Shown here piece after piece: positions 26,236 through 31,726 of a stretch of 45,239 bases of DNA. Every line of letters starts with the position of its first letter. The first letter of the stretch is position 1. This DNA is from Candidatus Parcubacteria bacterium (GTDB lineage: Bacteria > Patescibacteriota > Patescibacteriia > CAIXNZ01). The notes under the pieces were generated by a model. That model made no database searches. It was not told the DNA's origin and saw only the letters and a list, made by a program, of their open reading frames with translations. The stretch lies in NCBI GenBank assembly GCA_026395675.1, contig JAPLYF010000084.1:1-45239 (forward strand), in the 5' to 3' direction. Both the position numbers and the translations under genes were made by a program.

Positions 26236-26287
26236 CGCGGTCCGACGGACGTCGGACAGATCCCGAGTTCGAATCTCGGTACCCCGA
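26236..26287 (+). other. tRNA-like gene, 3' segment (palindromic arm, T arm, acceptor)
   Basis: cgcg gtccgacggacgtcggac agatc ccgag ttcgaat ctcgg taccccg a. The 3' acceptor is perfectly complementary to 25814-25820. Confidence 0.6.
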
Positions 26288-26306
26288 AAACTTACCAAAG
26301 CTGTTT

Positions 26307-26362
26307 GGCGCGCCCCGATGAACGTCGGGGAGGTCGCCCCGCAGTGCGTGGCCAGCCCGACC
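26307..26362 (+). pseudogene. tRNA-Pro-derived 3' fragment with the anticodon arm replaced by a palindrome
   Basis: ggcgcg ccccgatgaacgtcgggg aggtcgc...ccagcccgacc. Shares aggtcgc and the 3' end with tRNA-Pro. Confidence 0.5.
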
Positions 26363-26393
26363 AAGTTAAAATTCTCAAAATTAAATACTAACA

Positions 26394-26422
26394 TTGACAA
26401 AATGATTTTTCTTTGCTAAGTT
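26394..26422 (+). promoter_or_regulatory. promoter TTGACA-17-TAAGTT
   Basis: Read directly upstream of the L,D-transpeptidase gene. Confidence 0.5.
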
Positions 26423-26486
26423 AATAATCAAACCTTGTCCTTTTTAAACCCCAAGCAAAACCGCACTAAAAGGAGGAAAAGAACGT

Positions 26487-27224
26487 ATGTTTGTGAAGGC
26501 GTTTTGCAAAATTTCCCTGTTTTCTCTGGCGATTTTGTTTTTCTTAACCAACAAAGCCCAAAGCCAAGAAAATCAGGGCCTTTATGGTGAAACCCTTTGC
26601 AACGACCCTGATTTCCACTGCCTTACTGTCACAGCAGTTACCGCAGAAAAGGAAATCAAAACTAAAAGAGGCCTTAAAAAAATTGGGGTCTTAATGCCGC
26701 AAACCTGGCTAGAACTCTGGCCTGATGAGAATGAACGGGAAATCATCATGAAAATCAACCGGCTCAATATCAAGCTCAAAGTCGGAATGACTATTGCTGT
26801 GCCAAATGATTTAACTGCTAAAACCCTGCTGGATTTTTCTCCTTATGAGAAAAAAATTGATGCCCCCAATAAAAAACTATTGATTTTCGATCCGAATTTG
26901 CTGGCCTGGGCAGCTTATGATGCTGAAGGTAAGCTGGTGCGCTGGGGACCAGCTGTCGGCGGGAAAAAAGGCAAATTGACTGTGGTCGGCAATTTTCACA
27001 TTATTAAAAAATCAGGCCCTAAATGCCGCTCGGGTAAATATAATGCGCCCATGCCTTGGGCCATGTTTTTCCACCCGGCTGGCTATGCTTTCCATGGCTC
27101 GCCCAACGTGCCTGGCCAAAATGCCAGCCATGGCTGTGTCCGCCTTTTCAATGATGATGCCGAGTGGCTCAATAAAAATTTCGTGGAAATTGGGACAAAA
27201 GTAATTATCAATCCCTATGAATAA
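26487..27224 (+). CDS. secreted L,D-transpeptidase (YkuD domain)
   Basis: Signal peptide; FHG.....G...SHGCVRL..DDA.WL; strong SD aaaggagg. Confidence 0.85.
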   Translation: MFVKAFCKISLFSLAILFFLTNKAQSQENQGLYGETLCNDPDFHCLTVTAVTAEKEIKTKRGLKKIGVLMPQTWLELWPDENEREIIMKINRLNIKLKVGMTIAVPNDLTAKTLLDFSPYEKKIDAPNKKLLIFDPNLLAWAAYDAEGKLVRWGPAVGGKKGKLTVVGNFHIIKKSGPKCRSGKYNAPMPWAMFFHPAGYAFHGSPNVPGQNASHGCVRLFNDDAEWLNKNFVEIGTKVIINPYE

Positions 27225-27237
27225 AAAAATAAATAGA

Positions 27238-27266
27238 CCCCATACCAATTACGGTATGGGGCTTTT
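27238..27266. terminator. bidirectional terminator between convergent genes
   Basis: ccccatacc aattac ggtatgggg with T-runs on both strands. Confidence 0.65.
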
Positions 27267-27278
27267 AAATTATCTGGC

Positions 27279-27536
27279 CTATTTATTTTTTTTTACCAGT
27301 TTTAAATTAGGGCCATCCCTTACTAATACAAAAAATTCTCCTCTGAAGCTGACGCACTCAACTTCTTCCATTAAAGCCTCGCCTACGCTTTTGTTCGTAA
27401 AAGCAGGCAAGGTATCATAAATTAATGTATTCATGGCTGCTCTTAAGGCCTCAGCCAATAATGTAGCCAACTTTTCATTTTTAAATTTAATCTCTCTAAT
27501 TGCTTTAGGCCAGTTATCATCTAACTCCATGATCAT
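27279..27536 (-). CDS. hypothetical protein (85 aa)
   Basis: Strong SD ggaggtgg 4 nt before the ATG; own promoter and terminator. Confidence 0.6.
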   Translation of the reverse strand: MIMELDDNWPKAIREIKFKNEKLATLLAEALRAAMNTLIYDTLPAFTNKSVGEALMEEVECVSFRGEFFVLVRDGPNLKLVKKNK

Positions 27537-27577
27537 TTTCCACCTCCATCGGCACTTCGTGCCTTATTGCTGGTTTG

Positions 27578-27606
27578 AACTTAACAAAACTAGCAGAAAC
27601 AGTCAA
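27578..27606 (-). promoter_or_regulatory. promoter TTGACT-17-TAAGTT
   Basis: RC of 27601-27606 and 27578-27583. Confidence 0.45.
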
Positions 27607-27630
27607 CCTCGTCGCATGACAGGTCAATTA

Positions 27631-27665
27631 AAAAACCGCTCCCCGCAACGCGGGGAACGGTTTTT
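27631..27665. terminator. GC hairpin terminator (ccccgc core)
   Basis: aaaaaccgctccccgc aac gcggggaacggttttt. Confidence 0.6.
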
Positions 27666-27866
27666 ATAATTTATTTTATCTCGTTGCCTGGATTGTTTCT
27701 CTAAGTTCAGCGCTCGGGGCAGTGACCGTAACCCTACCATTGGCTTGCGAAATAAAATAGCCAGCACCATTGGTTGCCTTAAGCGCAGCCTTTAGCTACG
27801 CCCCGCTCAAAAAGAACTGAATTTAAAAGACCGCCATTTTAGTAGCGGCCGCATATTTAAAATTTT

Positions 27867-27986
27867 TTAAGATAAATTAAAATATTTGGCCGCTAGCTCA
27901 TAAACTAATACCAAAATAGCAACTAAAATAAAAATATTAGCGGCAGAAATTTTATAATTAGATTTTGTCTGATTGATTAAATTCAT
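27867..27986 (-). CDS. candidate 39-aa single-TM peptide, near-leaderless
   Basis: MNLINQTKSNYKISAANIFILVAILVLVYELAAKYFNLS. The ATG lies 9 nt after a TTGACA-17-TAAACT promoter. Confidence 0.35.
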   Translation of the reverse strand: MNLINQTKSNYKISAANIFILVAILVLVYELAAKYFNLS

Positions 27987-27995
27987 ATGAAATAA

Positions 27996-28024
27996 AGTTT
28001 AAACTATAGATAAAATTTTGTCAA
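27996..28024 (-). promoter_or_regulatory. promoter TTGACA-17-TAAACT
   Basis: RC of 28019-28024 and 27996-28001. Confidence 0.5.
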
Positions 28025-28052
28025 GTCTTTTAGGCAAAATAAGCCAAAATTA

Positions 28053-28086
28053 CAGCCCCGCCTTTTCTTTAGAAAGGGCGGGGCTG
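28053..28086 (-). terminator. 10-bp GC stem terminator after the Zn-ribbon gene
   Basis: cagccccgcc ... ggcggggctg. Confidence 0.6.
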
Positions 28087-28092
28087 ATCGCC

Positions 28093-28278
28093 TTAAAGTC
28101 CGATTAACCGTGGCTGCTTGACTATTTCTTTGGTTTCTGGGTCAAAATGCACCCATTTGCTTTCAGTTGAACCGCAGTTATGGCATTTCCCATTAGAATT
28201 CTTTATAGAATTCCAATCAATGCCGCACTCTTTGCAGACCTTTTTTAGCGGGAAATATTCGACAGGGATTACATCCAT
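28093..28278 (-). CDS. small Cys4 zinc-ribbon protein (61 aa)
   Basis: CKECG...(14)...CHNCG; strong SD aaggagg. Confidence 0.65.
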   Translation of the reverse strand: MDVIPVEYFPLKKVCKECGIDWNSIKNSNGKCHNCGSTESKWVHFDPETKEIVKQPRLIGL

Positions 28279-28292
28279 TTCCAGACCTCCTT

Positions 28293-28329
28293 GCCCTCCG
28301 TAGTCCCGCTGTGCGGGACGTAGGAGGGC
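28293..28329. repeat. REP-like compound palindrome
   Basis: gccctcc gta gtcccgc tgt gcgggac gta ggagggc. Confidence 0.75.
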
Positions 28330-28365
28330 TTTTTCTTTTTAAATTTAAAGATCAAAAATAAAACC

Positions 28366-28384
28366 AGCCCCGCGGCGCGGGGCT
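28366..28384 (-). terminator. agccccgc/gcggggct hairpin plus U-run
   Basis: The sense strand is followed by gguuuuauuuuug. Confidence 0.55.
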
Positions 28385-28414
28385 AGTTTTTATCTTAACA
28401 ATGTAAATTTGATA

Positions 28415-28519
28415 TCAAAAAAGCCTTGCCGCGAGTAAGCACAATAATAAAAGCAATAGGCCTAATAAATTTATCCTGACATCAATTTTCTCCAGTTGTA
28501 ATGCTTTAGTGGTTATCAT
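28415..28519 (-). CDS. candidate 34-aa single-TM peptide, near-leaderless
   Basis: MITTKALQLEKIDVRINLLGLLLLLLCLLAARLF. The ATG lies 9 nt after TTGACA-16-TATAAT (TGC-extended). Confidence 0.35.
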   Translation of the reverse strand: MITTKALQLEKIDVRINLLGLLLLLLCLLAARLF

Positions 28520-28528
28520 ATTAATTTG

Positions 28529-28556
28529 ATTATAGCAAGAGGTAAAAATTTGTCAA
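28529..28556 (-). promoter_or_regulatory. consensus promoter TTGACA-16-(TGC)TATAAT
   Basis: RC of 28551-28556 and 28529-28534. Confidence 0.6.
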
Positions 28557-28563
28557 ATTTCAA

Positions 28564-28598
28564 TCCACCGAAGTCCCGCTCGGCGGGACGTAGGCGGA
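28564..28598. repeat. REP-like compound palindrome abutting the ndk stop codon
   Basis: tccacc gaa gtcccgc tcg gcgggac gta ggcgga. The outer stem closes fully only on the minus-strand RNA, through one G.U pair. Confidence 0.75.
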
Positions 28599-29183
28599 TT
28601 AAACACGCCAATTTGCATCATACAATATTGTGTCTCTGGCCAAATTGTAATCCCAAATCTCATCTTTTTTAAACCAAATAACAATCTCTTTTTCCGCCTC
28701 AGCCACAGTGCCTGAAGCATGGACCAAATTTCTAATTGCCCTATTGGCTAAATCAGCCATTTGATAAGTTTCAATCGGGCTCAAGTCGCCTCTGATTGTG
28801 CCAATAGCCGCGCTAAAAGGTTCAGTACTGCCGCAGATTTTGCGAACCAAAGAGACGGCTGCGTTGCCTTCCCAAACCATGGCGACCACAGGACCGGCAG
28901 TCATGAAATTTTTCAAGCGCTTTAAAACATCTTTGCCCACAGCAACCGGATCATTATTGGGCGGCTCCAGACCCTTTTCTTTATATGATTCAATAGCTTT
29001 GACACCGACTGTTTTGAGCCAGCTGGGATCAATAGTATAATGTTTTTCTACCATTTTATCATCTGCCTGGACTAATTTCATGCCTACTAATTTTAAGCCG
29101 CTGCGCTCCAAGCGGCAAATAATTTCGCCAATTAAATTTCTTTGCACGCCATCTGGCTTAATAATAACAAGGGTTTTTTCCAT
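28599..29183 (-). CDS. ndk: nucleoside diphosphate kinase, long form with an internal insertion
   Basis: LVIIKPDGVQRNLIGEII.R.E..G; NLVHASG. 194 aa versus about 140-150 typical. Confidence 0.88.
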   Translation of the reverse strand: MEKTLVIIKPDGVQRNLIGEIICRLERSGLKLVGMKLVQADDKMVEKHYTIDPSWLKTVGVKAIESYKEKGLEPPNNDPVAVGKDVLKRLKNFMTAGPVVAMVWEGNAAVSLVRKICGSTEPFSAAIGTIRGDLSPIETYQMADLANRAIRNLVHASGTVAEAEKEIVIWFKKDEIWDYNLARDTILYDANWRV

Positions 29184-29216
29184 AAAAATTTGTTTTAAAG
29201 TTATAAATATGAAATT

Positions 29217-29245
29217 ATTTTAGCAAAAAATATATTTAAGGTCAA
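29217..29245 (-). promoter_or_regulatory. promoter TTGACC-17-(TGC)TAAAAT for ndk
   Basis: RC of 29240-29245 and 29217-29222. Confidence 0.45.
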
Positions 29246-29257
29246 GTTTAAATATTT

Positions 29258-30130
29258 TTATTTTTCTGTTTTTATTTTTAAACTTTGCCCGTCGCTGGTA
29301 AAGTTTATTGTCCCGTTTAAATCCGTTCTAAAAATTTTAATATTGTCTTGTTCTAATCTTTTTACAGTAATCAGATGCGGGTGGCCATATGAATTATTTG
29401 CTCCCACTTCAATCACTGCGTATTGCGGCTTAATTGCGTCTAAAAATTCCTGGCTGCTTGAATATTTGCTGCCATGATGGCCAACCTTTAAAACATTGGC
29501 AGTTAAATCAACTTTGCTTGCCAGCAAATCTTGTTCAACTGGCAGGCCAGCATCACCAGTAAATAAAAAAGATTCATTTTTATAAATTAATTTGGCCACA
29601 ATTGAAGAATCATTTAAATTTTCAAAGTTTTTCTGGCTGATGTCATTAAGCGGATATAGAATTTTTAAGTCCAGGTCCTGGCCCAAAACAATGTCTTTAG
29701 GGCCATCGGCTTTGTCAGTTTCAATATTTTGTTTTTTAATTTCCTCAAGCAAAGCTAAGTAGGGCGGCGAATTGTTTTTTACTTCGGTCAGTAAAACTTT
29801 TTTAACCTTATAGCGTCTTAAAATTTCAACTAACCCAATTACGTGATCAGTGTGGGGATGAGTTAAGACAACCAAATCAATATCTTTGTCATAAAATGCC
29901 AAATTCTTGCCTAGCGCTGACAAAACTTTGTTATCCGGGCCGCCATCAATTAAAATGTTTTGCTGATAAGGAGTTTTTATCAAAATAGAATCGCCTTGGC
30001 CCACATCCAGAAAATCAACTTCCAGATTTTGCCTCTGATTTTGCGAGTGCGCTGTAAAGGCAATTAATAAAAAAATAATCAGCAAAGCACTGCCCAAAAT
30101 CTTTGAAATTTTTCTTAAATATCTTTCCAT
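29258..30130 (-). CDS. membrane-anchored metallo-beta-lactamase fold protein (ComEC C-terminal nuclease-like domain as a separate ORF)
   Basis: FLDVGQGDSILI; VLTHPHTDH; VGHHGS; N-terminal TM anchor. Confidence 0.8.
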   Translation of the reverse strand: MERYLRKISKILGSALLIIFLLIAFTAHSQNQRQNLEVDFLDVGQGDSILIKTPYQQNILIDGGPDNKVLSALGKNLAFYDKDIDLVVLTHPHTDHVIGLVEILRRYKVKKVLLTEVKNNSPPYLALLEEIKKQNIETDKADGPKDIVLGQDLDLKILYPLNDISQKNFENLNDSSIVAKLIYKNESFLFTGDAGLPVEQDLLASKVDLTANVLKVGHHGSKYSSSQEFLDAIKPQYAVIEVGANNSYGHPHLITVKRLEQDNIKIFRTDLNGTINFTSDGQSLKIKTEK

Positions 30131-30136
30131 GATTTT

Positions 30137-30145
30137 ATTATAGCA
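30137..30145 (-). promoter_or_regulatory. extended -10 TGCTATAAT 6 nt from the ATG
   Basis: RC of attatagca. Confidence 0.45.
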
Positions 30146-30177
30146 TTTTTCTAAAAAATTCTGGGGGAAAGTGCACC

Positions 30178-31662
30178 TTAAATTCGTACTTTTTTGAATT
30201 TATAGATGAAACTAATAATTAAAACATACAAAAGGGCCATTAACCAAATGCTGATTTGGGGAAATTCATAATACGCCCAATTCAAACCGGCTAATTTTTC
30301 TAAAATCCAAATAATATAAGTTAAAACTAACCAGACGCTCCAGCCAGCCACCCAGCCCAGACCTGTCCAAATCATGGCCAAAATTCCAGTCATAAAGCCC
30401 AAAAGCATAGCCAAAGGCACGAAAGGCAAGATCAAAATATTCGCCAAAGGCGCGACTAAAGAAATCTTGCCATAGTTATATAAAATTATCGGCTGAGTCA
30501 TAATAATCGCCGAAACTGTTGTCAGCAAATAATCTCCCAAAATAACTTTTAAAAAAGTATGTTTAATATTTTCAGTGCGCAAAAGCCGCGTCAAAATTGG
30601 ATTTAAATAAACCAAGCCCAGCGTGGCCAAAAATGAGAGCTGAAAACCCAGATCAAAAACCAAAATCTTTGGGTTTGCTATTAGCATTAAAATAACAGTC
30701 AAAACCAAAACGTTTTTTATTTTACTTGTGCGGCCCAGATAATTTGCCAGCAAAACAACGCCTCCCATGATCGCTGCCCTGATGCAGGATGACTGCAGGC
30801 CGGTCATAACTGCAAAGAAAATTAAAAACCCAATTATTACCCAAAAGGATTTTTTTCGTCCCAGGCCGAGATTTTGAAATATCAGCATTAAAAATACCGC
30901 AATAATCGTAACATTATACCCTGAAACAGCCACGATGTGCGTCGTGCCAGTTTTGCTAAAATTATTTTGCAAGTCAGCTGGGATTGCTCTTTTGGCGCCA
31001 ATCAAAAGCCCGGCTAAAAAAGAGGACTGCGGCTCTGCTAATACATAATTTATTCTAGCTATAAAAAAATTTTTTATTTTTAAAATTTTTGCCAAAACAA
31101 AATTGCCTTGATTCTTTTCAAGCAAAGTTATTTTTGGATTATAACAAGTTGAATAAACATTATAGCGGGCTAAATAATCATCATAAGCAAAACCCTGAAC
31201 CTTTTCTGGCGTGAGTAAATTACAAATAAGTTCAAGCTTATCTCCGTAATTATATTCAGGGTACAAATAATTAGTGACCAAAATCTTGCCCTTTACTTTT
31301 TGCCAAGAATTGTTTAGAAAAATTTGCTGACTTTTTATTTCCAGCTTTACTTTGTCCTCCCGCTGATCCGGTTCCTTATCAATAAAACCCCTAACCTGAA
31401 CTTCTCTGCCATTATAAAAATAAATCTGGTCAGGACTTTGTTTGGGCAAAGAAAGCTGGTACCGCCAGATTCCCAAAAGCAAAAAAATCCCCCACAAGCC
31501 AAGTACCAAAAAATATTTATTTTTTAAGCTTAAAATTAAAAAGGTTAAAGAAAGTAGAAGAATCAAAAAACTGATAAAAAAGCCAAATTCTAAAGCCGAG
31601 CATATAAATACGCCTAAAATAAAAAATAGACATGAAGAGAAGAAAATCTTTGCCTGGTTCAT
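30178..31662 (-). CDS. comEC: ComEC/Rec2 competence channel (DUF4131 + Competence domains, no MBL domain)
   Basis: Polytopic; GTTHIVAVSGYNVTI motif; N-terminal OB-like region. Confidence 0.85.
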   Translation of the reverse strand: MNQAKIFFSSCLFFILGVFICSALEFGFFISFLILLLSLTFLILSLKNKYFLVLGLWGIFLLLGIWRYQLSLPKQSPDQIYFYNGREVQVRGFIDKEPDQREDKVKLEIKSQQIFLNNSWQKVKGKILVTNYLYPEYNYGDKLELICNLLTPEKVQGFAYDDYLARYNVYSTCYNPKITLLEKNQGNFVLAKILKIKNFFIARINYVLAEPQSSFLAGLLIGAKRAIPADLQNNFSKTGTTHIVAVSGYNVTIIAVFLMLIFQNLGLGRKKSFWVIIGFLIFFAVMTGLQSSCIRAAIMGGVVLLANYLGRTSKIKNVLVLTVILMLIANPKILVFDLGFQLSFLATLGLVYLNPILTRLLRTENIKHTFLKVILGDYLLTTVSAIIMTQPIILYNYGKISLVAPLANILILPFVPLAMLLGFMTGILAMIWTGLGWVAGWSVWLVLTYIIWILEKLAGLNWAYYEFPQISIWLMALLYVLIISFIYKFKKVRI

Positions 31663-31669
31663 ATATATA

Positions 31670-31678
31670 ATTATAGCA
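31670..31678 (-). promoter_or_regulatory. extended -10 TGCTATAAT 7 nt from the comEC ATG
   Basis: RC of attatagca. Confidence 0.45.
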
Positions 31679-31680
31679 AA

Positions 31681-31709
31681 AAAAGAGAGTAAAAATTACT
31701 CTCTTTTTT
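31681..31709 (-). terminator. terminator after the large surface protein gene
   Basis: aaaaaagagagta auuuu uacucucuuuuuuu (sense strand). Confidence 0.6.
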
Positions 31710-31726
31710 ATCTTTATCTAACTTTT

